Shown in pieces: positions 28,958 to 37,506 of a stretch of 64,000 bases of DNA; positions within the stretch are counted from its first letter, which is position 1; every line of letters starts with the position of its first letter. Under the pieces are notes generated by a model. It did no database searches. It had not been told where the DNA came from and saw nothing but the letters and a program-made list of their open reading frames with translations. The stretch lies in the NCBI GenBank assembly GCA_023261045.1, contig JALRJZ010000001.1, positions 7,088 to 71,087 of the forward strand, given 5' to 3'. The stretch is from Akkermansiaceae bacterium (GTDB taxonomy: Bacteria; Verrucomicrobiota; Verrucomicrobiia; Verrucomicrobiales; Akkermansiaceae). The position numbers were made by a program, and so were the translations under genes.

Positions 28958-29563
28958 ATGAATGAAAGCAAGGAAGGTTTGCGACGGGGTGAGGATGGCT
29001 TGGTTCGCTGCGCCTGGTGTGGTGGTGATGAGGATTACATTCGCTACCACGATCACGAATGGGGGAGGGAACAACGAGGTGACGATGAGATTTTTGAGAG
29101 ACTCTCTTTGGAAGTGTTTCAAGCAGGGTTAAGTTGGCTAACAGTCCTTCGCAAAAGAGAACAATTTCGCAAAGCCTTTGCGGGTTTCAAAATCAGTCGG
29201 GTCGCTCTTTTTGATGATCGTGACCTGCAACGCCTCGCGAGTGATCCCGGGATCATCCGTCATCAGGGAAAAATCAGGTCGACTATTCGTAACGCCCAGA
29301 GGGCGTTGGATTTAATCCACGAGTTTGGCTCTCTGCATTTATATTTGAAGGACTTTCGTCCTCAGAAGCGTCAAAGCCCCCTCACTTTTGAGGCTGCGCG
29401 ATTACTTTCTCAATCCGAGCAATCACAGAGGCTAAGCCATGATCTTAAAAAGAGAGGGTTCCTGTTTGTGGGGCCGACGACTTGCTATTCTTTGATGCAA
29501 GCCATTGGGCTCGTCGATGACCATTTACAAGGCTGCTTTCGTTCTTCGTTTTCCGGCCATTAG
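28958..29563 (+). CDS. tag: DNA-3-methyladenine glycosylase I
   Basis: VRCAWCGGDEDYIRYHDHEWG, FERLSLEVFQAGLSWLTVLRKREQFRKAF, and GPTTCYSLMQAIGLVDDH. The start is either ATG 28958 or the adjacent GTG 28955. Confidence 0.9.
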   Translation: MNESKEGLRRGEDGLVRCAWCGGDEDYIRYHDHEWGREQRGDDEIFERLSLEVFQAGLSWLTVLRKREQFRKAFAGFKISRVALFDDRDLQRLASDPGIIRHQGKIRSTIRNAQRALDLIHEFGSLHLYLKDFRPQKRQSPLTFEAARLLSQSEQSQRLSHDLKKRGFLFVGPTTCYSLMQAIGLVDDHLQGCFRSSFSGH

Positions 29564-29856
29564 TAGACAGGCTCGGAGAACCAATGATCAAGTTTGTGAA
29601 AATAATGAGGGGTTTTCATGGGGGCAATGAGTGTGACTTGTTCGCGCTCTTTTTGAGCCTTGAGAGAAGATCCATTAGCATTGCGCTTATAAATTTTTAT
29701 GCCTGATATTGAGGGCTTTTTGACCTCATCGAGGGGACATGAAATGTTTCTCCGGAAGACTTTTTGAACTTTTCTCGCAAAGAGTTTTTTTCGGTGGATT
29801 TGAAATTTTTTTTGGGGCCCAAGAGAGCGGACTTTAAACCTGCGATAAGGGTTCAT
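29560..29856 (-). CDS. doubtful small, very basic ORF in an AT-rich spacer
   Basis: ORF from ATG 29856 (MNPYRRFKVRSLGPQKKFQIHRKK...) or from 29907. It is K/R-rich with no recognisable family. It lies in a roughly 530-bp low-GC stretch with A/T homopolymers, so it could be a non-coding artefact. Confidence 0.3.
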   Translation of the reverse strand: MNPYRRFKVRSLGPQKKFQIHRKKLFARKVQKVFRRNISCPLDEVKKPSISGIKIYKRNANGSSLKAQKEREQVTLIAPMKTPHYFHKLDHWFSEPVY

Positions 29857-29937
29857 TATAGAGCTGCAATTGCCCGAAAATACAAAGATTTCAGAGCAAA
29901 TAGTCAAAAAAACTTAAATGTCGTCATTTCGACAGGT

Positions 29938-29983
29938 ATACTATATATGGTATTGTGAATAATTTGTGCACGCTATATGGGCA
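29938..29983. promoter_or_regulatory. candidate tandem NrdR boxes upstream of nrdB
   Basis: ATACTATATATGGTAT (29938-29953) matches 13/16 of the remembered NrdR-box consensus acaCwAtATaTwGtgt. A weaker second copy, GCACGCTATATGGGCA (29968-29983), matches 9/16. The centres are 30 bp apart, 113-158 bp upstream of the nrdB ATG. Confidence 0.4.
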
Positions 29984-30095
29984 ATTTCAGCTTGCGCAAT
30001 TCATCAATTAGAGGCTAATTTCGGGACCGCTTCACTCCATCTTTCCTGACAGTAAGCATTTTTTAAATAAACCGTCTTCAACACCTTCATTTTCA

Positions 30096-31193
30096 ATGTC
30101 TGACACTACCAACATTAAGATCGGCGATCGTGAATTTATCCTCGATAGGGAGAAAGCCGAGGCTGCGATCGCGGCCAAGTCTGTGATCAACGGACGCGAC
30201 ACCATGTTCTTTAATATTTTACCTCTGAAATACCAGTGGGCTTATGACCTCTATAAGACCATGAAAAACAACCACTGGGAGCCAGAGGATATCCAGATGC
30301 AGCGGGATGTGGAACATTGGAGGGGCAACGAGATCAATGATGTCGAGCGGTGGATCATCAAGATGGGAATTGGCTACTTTTCTGCGGCCGAAGGCATCGT
30401 GGGTGACAACATTCTTCACGTTGTTCGGGAGCTCGTGACCGCTCCCGAGCTCAAGCTCGTTCTTGGTCGCCATGCCCATGAGGAGAACATCCACGCTGAT
30501 TCTTTGGTCTACATGATCTCGTCTCTTGGGATCAACCCTCATGAGTGCGAGGCCATGTTTGAGGATATTCCCACGATCAAAGCCAAAAACAATTTCGTGG
30601 TCTCGAATTCCCGAGCTTTACGCCGCGATGTTGATCTCACGATTCTTGAAAATAAGCAGGCGCTTGCGAAGAACATCTTCCTATTCGGTCAGGTGATGGA
30701 AGGGACCCAATTTTATGGGTTATTTGGGATGATTCTCAGCCTTTATCGTCAGAAGAAATTCCCCGGAATCGGTCAGATGTTCCGATATACTTTGCGGGAC
30801 GAGTCCAATCACATCGAGGTTTTCCGTAATCTTCTCAATTCCTTGGTTACTGAAAACCCGGACATCATGACTCCTGAGTTTAAGGAAGATCTGCGCCAGA
30901 CGATGGCAGAGGGAGTTCGTTTAGAAAAAGAGTTTATTCGGGACTGTCTTCCGGTTTCAGCTGTTGGGCTTTCCGTGGCTGAATTCGAGCAATACATCGA
31001 TTACATCGCTGACCGTCGCCTTGTAAATTGTCGCCTTGAGACTTTGTCAGGTGGGAATGTTGAGAATCCTTTCCCGTGGCTTTCCGAAGCGATCGATCTT
31101 GCTAAGGAGCAAAACTTCTTCGAAGGGAAAGTCACCGAATATCAAAAGGCCTCAGCGCTCGAAGACGCAGGATACGACGACGACGACCTTTAA
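30096..31193 (+). CDS. nrdB: ribonucleotide reductase small subunit (R2), class Ic-like
   Basis: Ferritin-like diiron motifs FSAAEGIVGDN, HEENIHADS, VMEGTQFYGLFGMILSL and RDESNHIEVF. C-terminal NPFPWLSEAIDL...EYQ. Acidic tail DDDDL. Confidence 0.95.
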   Translation: MSDTTNIKIGDREFILDREKAEAAIAAKSVINGRDTMFFNILPLKYQWAYDLYKTMKNNHWEPEDIQMQRDVEHWRGNEINDVERWIIKMGIGYFSAAEGIVGDNILHVVRELVTAPELKLVLGRHAHEENIHADSLVYMISSLGINPHECEAMFEDIPTIKAKNNFVVSNSRALRRDVDLTILENKQALAKNIFLFGQVMEGTQFYGLFGMILSLYRQKKFPGIGQMFRYTLRDESNHIEVFRNLLNSLVTENPDIMTPEFKEDLRQTMAEGVRLEKEFIRDCLPVSAVGLSVAEFEQYIDYIADRRLVNCRLETLSGGNVENPFPWLSEAIDLAKEQNFFEGKVTEYQKASALEDAGYDDDDL

Positions 31194-31209
31194 ACTTCAG
31201 TGTCGGCTT

Positions 31210-31229
31210 GAGCTCTGAGCTCTGAGCTC
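31210..31229. repeat. three tandem GAGCTC palindromes (GAGCTC-T-GAGCTC-T-GAGCTC) just after the nrdB stop
   Basis: Read directly: gagctctgagctctgagctc, followed by gtcctcatttttg. The outer copies can pair (6-bp stem, 8-nt loop) ahead of a T5 run. Confidence 0.6.
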
Positions 31230-31438
31230 GTCCTCATTTTTGCCCCGTCAAGTTCACCACTTGAGAGAAAAGTTAGGAAAGAGAGGCCAGCTGGTAAAGA
31301 AGTCAAAAAATACCTCATTTTAGGACGCCCCAGCAACCAAGGTGAAGAACTCAGAGACGACACCCATCATCAAATCAAATCTTATTAACCGCTACAAAGT
31401 CATCAGATCAATATTCACACACACGGCCCCTGCTGACT

Positions 31439-34400
31439 TTGCCATTAGACACACAACAACATCATCCAATGTATCGCTCTTTATCTCTCGCTGAAGACCA
31501 AGCTCTCAAAGAAACCGTTGCCTCGCGTGCCGGTAGTCAAAACCCCTTTGCTTGGCGTGAAATTCTCGCAACCGAGCAGCGTGCTCCAATCCCTGAAATC
31601 ACCGTTACTCGGGCTGGTGGAGAGGAATCTTTCTCGCTAGCTGACGTGGCCGATGCGATCGGTGAGTCTCTTACCAATCTGCTCATTTCTCGTAACGAGC
31701 CCGAGGATAACATCTTTTCAGAGAAAAACCGTTCTTTCGTCTCAGCGGTTGCCCACCGCGTTTCCAAGTCACTCATGAATCAAGTTCAGCGAGGAGGAAA
31801 CCTGAAGTTGTCGCAGAACGATTTGTATCTTCTGATCGAAAAGGCTCTGATCGAGAACGATGCGCATGACGTGGCAAAGTCATTGGTCTTTAAGCGTTCC
31901 TTGGACATGAAAGGCGAGATCTTGGTGAGCCAAGAGCCTCAAGAAATGCCCGTTCGCTTAATCCGTCGCAATGGGAACGTGGTTCCCTGGTCTGAAACCA
32001 AGATTGAGCAGGCGGTTTCTCGAGCCTTCTTGACTTTGAAGGAAGACCCTTCTCCAGCTCATGCAATCGCGCAAGCGGTGACTAATATCATTCGCACGGG
32101 TGATCAGGCATTCGTCCACATCGAGGACGTGCAGGATCACGTCCAAGATGAGCTCATGCGCCAAGGGCATTTCAAAGTCGCAGCTCATTATGTTCGCTAC
32201 CGTGACGAACGGGCGCGGCTTCGCCTCGATAATCCCATTGAGATGGAGGACCCCGCACAGGAGTCGTTCGTCACCGTCACTACTGAGGATGGGCAAAGTA
32301 CGTTTTGGGATGGAGCGGAGCTCAAGAAGCGGATTCAATTTGCCTCGATTGGATTGGATCTTTCTTTGAACGAAGAACAGATTGAGAAAGAACTCCGACG
32401 TTCCATTGGTGCCGAGATTTCTCAAGAGGACCTCAAGAGAACAATTATTCTCAACTCGAAAACTCTTCTGGAGAAGGATGCTGACATGTCCAAGTTCGCT
32501 GGTCGAATCTTGCTGTCCTATATTTATGAGGAAGTGCTGCCTTGGGACATCCAGAAAGATGGCATCGAATCTCTCAAGGAAGCGCATAAACAAAACTTTA
32601 AAGCTTATTTGAAGCATGGGGTAGAAATTAAGAGAATCAGTCCTGAGCTTGTTGAGAGCTATGACCTCGACCGCTTGGCTGATGCCCTGGATCCCTCGGC
32701 GGATCTCGATTTCGAATTTCTTGGGATACAGACCCTCTACGATCGTTACCTACAGGTTGACAAAACAGGTTCGAAACCACGGCGGATGGAGACTCCTCAG
32801 TTTTTCTGGATGAGAGTTTCAATGGGACTTTTCAAGGCTGAGAAAACTGATCCTGAGGATTGGGTCATCCGCCTTTACCAGCTTTACAAAGGGCGGCGTT
32901 TCTGTTCCTCGACTCCCACGCTCTTTAACTCAGGAACTCTCCATAGCCAGCTCTCTAGCTGCTATCTCTACAAAGTGGACGACTCAATTGAGTCGATCAT
33001 GCACCGAGGAATTGCTGAGAACGCTTTCCTCTCAAAATGGGCTGGAGGACTTGGAGGTTCGTGGACTGCTGTGCGAGGCACGGGGGGCTACATTCAGGGA
33101 ACGAATGGAGAGTCTCAAGGGGTGATTCCTTTCTTGAAACTTCATAATGACCAACTCATTGCGGTGAACCAAGGTGGAAAGCGTCGTGGGTCTGGCTGTG
33201 CTTACCTCGAGACTTGGCACAATGATATCGAAGACTTTTTAGAACTTCGGGTCAATGTGGGCGACGAACGCCGCCGCACCCATGACATGAATACCGCCAA
33301 TTGGATTCCGGATCTTTTCATGAAGAGGATGGAGGCACGCTCCCACTGGACCTTATTCAGAGCCAATGAGTGCCCTGACCTTCATGATCTGTATGGTCGA
33401 GCTTTCGAGCAGCGCTACCAGGAATATGAGAAAATGGCTGAGGAGGGTAAGATTTGGTCTCGTCAGGTTGAGGCTATTGAGCTCTGGAAGAGGATGCTGA
33501 AGATGATTTTTGAAACGGGTCACCCGTGGATCACTTTCAAGGATCCGTGTAATTTACGTAGCCCTCAGGATCACGCCGGTGTCATCCACTCGAGCAACCT
33601 CTGCACGGAGATTACTCTCAATACATCTGATGAAGAGACAGCCGTTTGTAATCTGGGCTCAGTGGTGCTTGATACGCACGTTACCAAAGACGGGATGTTG
33701 GATCACGACATGTTGCGTGAAACAGTGACTGTAGCTATTCGTGCTTTGGATAATGTGATCGATATTAATTTCTATCCTACCGAAGCGGCAAAGACTGCAA
33801 ACTCTCGTCACCGGCCTATCGGACTTGGTGTGATGGGATTACAGAATGCGCTCTTTAAGAAGAATCTTAAGTTCTCTTCAGATGCCGCCATTGAGTTTAA
33901 CGATGAATTCATGGAAGCCATTGCATACTACGCTTATAGTGCAAGTAGTGAGCTGGCGGGAGAGCGAGGTGCTTACAATAGCTACAAGGGTTCTAAGTGG
34001 GATCGTGGAATCCTCCCACAGGATACTCTTGATTCGTTGGAGGATGAGCGTGGCAACGAGATTGACGTGCCCCGAGGTGGTAAGATGGATTGGCGCCCAG
34101 TGCGCGAAAGCATTGCGCGCCAGGGGATGCGAAATTCAAACGTTCTAGCGATCGCTCCTACGGCTACGATTTCCAACATTATGGGAACGACCCCTTGTAT
34201 TGAGCCAAATTATACCAACCTTTTTGTGAAGAGTAACTTGGGTGGTGACTTTACCGTGCTCAATCCGGTTCTTGTGCGAGACCTGAAAAAGGAAGGGCTT
34301 TGGAATCAGGAGATGATTGATCAGCTCAAATATTTCAATGGTGAACTCGCTGATATTGAAGATATTCCAGATCATCTGAAGAAGAAGCATCAGACGGTCT

Positions 34401-34699
34401 TTGAAGTGGGATATCAGGCCATTATTGATGCAGCTGCCCGCCGCCAAAAGTGGATTGATCAGGCTCAAAGTGTGAACCTCTTCCTCGCCAAGCCCGATAT
34501 GAAAAGCTTAAGTCATATGTATCGTCACGCGTGGCACACCGGGCTGAAGACCACTTATTATCTGCGCACAAGGCAAGCGAGTGACATCGAAAAGTCCACG
34601 GTCGCAAAGGCAGAGAAGAAGCAATACACGCCTGAGCAGGTTCAAGCTTGCAGTATCGAAGCCATGATGAATGGGGGAGAGTGTGAAGCTTGTCAGTAG
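31439..34699 (+). CDS. nrdA: ribonucleotide reductase large subunit (R1), class I, with three N-terminal ATP-cone-like modules
   Basis: Start is TTG 31439 or ATG 31469. ATP-cone patterns: EITVTRAGGEESFSLADV..., VRLIRRNGNVVPWSETKIEQAVSRAF..., FVTVTTEDGQSTFWDGAELKKRIQFA.... Catalytic core: SSCYLY, GGLGGSWTAVRGTG, VNQGGKRRGSGCAYLETWH, SNLCTEI, IAPTATISNI. C-terminal GGECEACQ. Confidence 0.95.
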   Translation: MPLDTQQHHPMYRSLSLAEDQALKETVASRAGSQNPFAWREILATEQRAPIPEITVTRAGGEESFSLADVADAIGESLTNLLISRNEPEDNIFSEKNRSFVSAVAHRVSKSLMNQVQRGGNLKLSQNDLYLLIEKALIENDAHDVAKSLVFKRSLDMKGEILVSQEPQEMPVRLIRRNGNVVPWSETKIEQAVSRAFLTLKEDPSPAHAIAQAVTNIIRTGDQAFVHIEDVQDHVQDELMRQGHFKVAAHYVRYRDERARLRLDNPIEMEDPAQESFVTVTTEDGQSTFWDGAELKKRIQFASIGLDLSLNEEQIEKELRRSIGAEISQEDLKRTIILNSKTLLEKDADMSKFAGRILLSYIYEEVLPWDIQKDGIESLKEAHKQNFKAYLKHGVEIKRISPELVESYDLDRLADALDPSADLDFEFLGIQTLYDRYLQVDKTGSKPRRMETPQFFWMRVSMGLFKAEKTDPEDWVIRLYQLYKGRRFCSSTPTLFNSGTLHSQLSSCYLYKVDDSIESIMHRGIAENAFLSKWAGGLGGSWTAVRGTGGYIQGTNGESQGVIPFLKLHNDQLIAVNQGGKRRGSGCAYLETWHNDIEDFLELRVNVGDERRRTHDMNTANWIPDLFMKRMEARSHWTLFRANECPDLHDLYGRAFEQRYQEYEKMAEEGKIWSRQVEAIELWKRMLKMIFETGHPWITFKDPCNLRSPQDHAGVIHSSNLCTEITLNTSDEETAVCNLGSVVLDTHVTKDGMLDHDMLRETVTVAIRALDNVIDINFYPTEAAKTANSRHRPIGLGVMGLQNALFKKNLKFSSDAAIEFNDEFMEAIAYYAYSASSELAGERGAYNSYKGSKWDRGILPQDTLDSLEDERGNEIDVPRGGKMDWRPVRESIARQGMRNSNVLAIAPTATISNIMGTTPCIEPNYTNLFVKSNLGGDFTVLNPVLVRDLKKEGLWNQEMIDQLKYFNGELADIEDIPDHLKKKHQTVFEVGYQAIIDAAARRQKWIDQAQSVNLFLAKPDMKSLSHMYRHAWHTGLKTTYYLRTRQASDIEKSTVAKAEKKQYTPEQVQACSIEAMMNGGECEACQ

Positions 34700-34757
34700 A
34701 GGCTAATCGCGAAGTCTCGCTGTCTTCTTTCGACATCCCAAGAGTCCGATTTGACAA

Positions 34758-34795
34758 CACTGGCCAAGGAGTCCCCCGGGCCAGTGTTTTTTGTT
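34758..34795 (+). terminator. rho-independent terminator of nrdA
   Basis: CACTGGCC (34758-34765) / GGCCAGTG (34779-34786), a perfect 8-bp stem, followed by TTTTTTGTT. Confidence 0.8.
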
Positions 34796-34930
34796 CGGCC
34801 AGAGGGCGCACTGTATGAGCGTTTCTTAAAGCTTAAAGCGCTTTGTCTCTCGAAGCTGTAGCAACGTGATTGCTCGGGCAGGTTGGAAAAAAGTTTGAAG
34901 GAAAAGGCCCGATTGGGCTCATGCCAACAA

Positions 34931-34967
34931 GCAAACAAAAAAGATGTCTGCTGGGAGCAAACATCTT
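34931..34967 (-). terminator. intrinsic terminator of the PEP-CTERM gene (minus strand)
   Basis: On the minus strand: AAGATGT-13 nt-ACATCTT followed by TTTTGTTTG, about 48 nt downstream of the stop at 35015. Confidence 0.6.
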
Positions 34968-35014
34968 TCGCTTTATTGATCTCCCCTTGGCTTGGGCAAG
35001 AGGGATGTTAATTT

Positions 35015-35713
35015 CTAGCGTCTGCGCCTGAGAAGTAAGCCTAATGCCGCAAGTCCGCTGAGGATGAGCGAGGAGGGCTCGGGAATGGCCGTTCCGGTAA
35101 CCGTAAGACCATTGATGTGAAGGTTTCCGGTTGAGCCTTGGTTCACATGACGAGGCGCAAAGCGAATCGCTACTGATTCAGCCCCAGAAATTGTCTCGGT
35201 AAAGGTGAAGGTATCGAAAGACGGACCATTTCCAGAATTGGGATCGACTTGGATCGAATCATAAAGTGAAAAGGCACCACCATCGACGCTGACTTCGAAT
35301 GCCATCCCGTCGACTGCTCCTCCTCCGTTGCGCCATTGAGAAATCGAAATGGTTTCAATCGAGAGTGATCCTGGAGCGCTTCCGGTGAGGGTGAATTCGA
35401 GATAATTGTCGTTTCCACCATCTCCACCATAGTCAAAGTCACGAACATCAGCTTCTCCCGGGGCGGTCGTCGCGTTGACGACGATATGAAGATTTGGAGA
35501 TGGGAGTAAATCCGTGCTGGTCACTCCTGGAGCTGTGTTTGCCAATGCTGCCTCAAGAATGGGGCTGGGGGCAGGGTCATTTAAAGCAAGGCCGCTACCT
35601 CCTCCAGTGCTCCAATCAAGATTGCTAAAATCCCAGTTAGCAAGAACAGCACCGTGCAGGTTGTTGGCTGCCATGGCGGCCATTAAGAGGGGAAGGTTCG
35701 ATCTAAGATTCAT
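35015..35713 (-). CDS. PEP-CTERM sorting-domain protein
   Basis: ATG 35713 (MNLRSNLPLLMAAMAANNLHGA signal) is preferred over the listed 35854. C-terminal IPEPSSLILSGLAALGLLLRRRR has the PEP motif, a TM helix and an Arg cluster. Confidence 0.85.
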   Translation of the reverse strand: MNLRSNLPLLMAAMAANNLHGAVLANWDFSNLDWSTGGGSGLALNDPAPSPILEAALANTAPGVTSTDLLPSPNLHIVVNATTAPGEADVRDFDYGGDGGNDNYLEFTLTGSAPGSLSIETISISQWRNGGGAVDGMAFEVSVDGGAFSLYDSIQVDPNSGNGPSFDTFTFTETISGAESVAIRFAPRHVNQGSTGNLHINGLTVTGTAIPEPSSLILSGLAALGLLLRRRR

Positions 35714-35840
35714 TGTTAAAGGGACGTGATAATTACGGAACAGTGCCAAAAGATGACAATTTTGCAATCTAATTGATCCATTTGCGCATTGAGTGTTTCT
35801 GCTGAGCAAAATGAGTTGGGTTGCAAGCCGGTCATTGAGG

Positions 35841-35873
35841 ACAAAAAAAGCCACCCCAACCGGGAGTGGCTTT
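35841..35873 (-). terminator. rho-independent terminator of the Cys-rich gene (minus strand)
   Basis: On the minus strand: AAGCCACTCCC-GGTT-GGGGTGGCTT (11-bp stem with one G-U pair) followed by TTTTTTGT, about 25 nt after the stop at 35899. Confidence 0.85.
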
Positions 35874-35898
35874 GAATCAAATTCCGAGAAAGAGAGAT

Positions 35899-36252
35899 TT
35901 ATTTTAAATCTGTAAGATGCTTCTTGGGATCAGATTCGACCTTTTTCTTACAACCGCCGCAGCAGACTCCAACAGCGACTGTTGACTTTTTAGAGTCTTT
36001 GACGGGCTTCCCGCTGATGCAGCACTTTCCTTCTTCAGTTTTTGCGAATTTTTTCAAACCGGCGACCACGTCAGCATCAAACTTCGATTTGCATTTATCA
36101 CAGCAGAATTTGACTTCAACTTTCGCAACCTTACTCTCGGCGTTCACCGCTTTGCCTTTAACGGGACAGGTTTTGTTTACAGGAGCTTTAGCAAAGGAAG
36201 GAAACAGCCCCAAAAAGAAACTAAGGGAGATAATGGAGATGAATTTTTTCAT
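35899..36252 (-). CDS. small secreted Cys/Lys-rich protein with two YHS/TRASH-like CC-x2-C modules
   Basis: Signal MKKFISIISLSFFLGLFPSFA. Module 1 is CPVKGKAV-x12-FCCDKCKSKF and module 2 is CCISGKPV-x12-VCCGGCKKKV. 10 Cys and 24 Lys in 117 aa. A strong terminator lies downstream. Confidence 0.75.
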   Translation of the reverse strand: MKKFISIISLSFFLGLFPSFAKAPVNKTCPVKGKAVNAESKVAKVEVKFCCDKCKSKFDADVVAGLKKFAKTEEGKCCISGKPVKDSKKSTVAVGVCCGGCKKKVESDPKKHLTDLK

Positions 36253-36423
36253 AGGGTTTTAGATGCTATCTAGCATTAGCCTCTTTATTCTAACAGATCT
36301 TGGCCTGTCAAACTCTATTGTCACATGGGAGGGGTGGCCAATGAGGCAATATTGGTCTGGTGATGGCCGAGGGTTGAAACGACTGGGCTTGCCGTGAGGC
36401 AATGGTAATGAGACAATTCTGGG

Positions 36424-37506
36424 ATGGAAAAACAAGTCGTCTGGGGGTTTTTGGGAGCAGCGGGGATTGCTGAAAAAAACTGGGCATCGGTCCAACGTTC
36501 GGGAAATGGGATTCTCAAGTCAGTGGGGAGTCGCCGTCTCGAAAAAGCGCAGCAATTCGTAGACCGATGCCAGGCTTTTGCTCCTTTTGACGAGGCTCCT
36601 CAAGCGGTCGAGGGATATGAAGTCATTCTCTCAGATCCTGAAATTGATGCAGTTTACATTCCGCTGCCCACCGGACTTAGAAAAGAGTGGGTGATCCGCG
36701 CAGCAGAGGCTGGGAAGCACGTTCTTTGTGAAAAGCCCTGTGCCCCCACCTCCGAAGATCTCGAGGAAATGCTTCGAGCCTGTGAACAAAATGGCGTTCA
36801 GTTTATGGATGGGGTCATGTTTATGCATAACCCTCGCCTTGCGAAAATCCTTGAAGTTCTCCATCAAGGAGAGCTTGGAACTCTCCGAAGGGTTGATAGT
36901 TGTTTTTCCTTTCTAGGGGATGAAGAATTTGAAGGAGATATTCGCTTAAACTCCGCCCTGGAGCCTGCTGGATGTCTAGGAGATCTCGGATGGTATTGCC
37001 TTCGCATGACCTTGATGTGCTTCCAAAAAGACGCCCCATTAAAAGTGCGGGGATTTCTTTACGAAGAAAAGAATGGAGTGCCCCTTGAGTTTCGGGGAGA
37101 TCTCATCTTCTCGGGAGGCCGCAGCGCAAGCTTCCATTGCTCTTTTAATACCACACTTGAGCAAAGCTGTCGTATTTCAGGAACGACGGGCGCATTGAGT
37201 TTAGACGATTTTGTGCAGCCCATCGAAGGTCCGCAAACGAAGTTTTTAGTGACTAAGTTGGGTTCACGAAACGAAGGCTGTGATTATTCGACGCTGATCG
37301 ACGAGCAAGAGCATCGCCTCTCAGGAAAGTCCACTAATGACTCAGGTTCGCAGGAGACTCTACTGTTTCATAACTTTGCCAAGCTGGTGACACTTGGAGA
37401 GGTAGATTTGGCTTGGCCAAAGATCAGTTTACTCACGCAGAAAGTGATGGATGCGACCTTGAATTCAGCTCGCCAAGAGAGCCGGTGGATCGATTTTTCT
37501 CATTAG
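36424..37506 (+). CDS. Gfo/Idh/MocA family oxidoreductase
   Basis: Rossmann N-terminus VWGFLGAAGIAEKNW, and AVYIPLPTGLRKEWVIRAAEAGKHVLCEKP (the family EKP motif). Confidence 0.9.
   Translation: MEKQVVWGFLGAAGIAEKNWASVQRSGNGILKSVGSRRLEKAQQFVDRCQAFAPFDEAPQAVEGYEVILSDPEIDAVYIPLPTGLRKEWVIRAAEAGKHVLCEKPCAPTSEDLEEMLRACEQNGVQFMDGVMFMHNPRLAKILEVLHQGELGTLRRVDSCFSFLGDEEFEGDIRLNSALEPAGCLGDLGWYCLRMTLMCFQKDAPLKVRGFLYEEKNGVPLEFRGDLIFSGGRSASFHCSFNTTLEQSCRISGTTGALSLDDFVQPIEGPQTKFLVTKLGSRNEGCDYSTLIDEQEHRLSGKSTNDSGSQETLLFHNFAKLVTLGEVDLAWPKISLLTQKVMDATLNSARQESRWIDFSH

Noticed and set aside
26534-29000. tRNA-Val as the attachment site of an integrated element
   Set aside because: I saw no integrase, no repeat of the tRNA 3' end in the flanking 2.5 kb, and the neighbours (comM, tag) are ordinary core genes.
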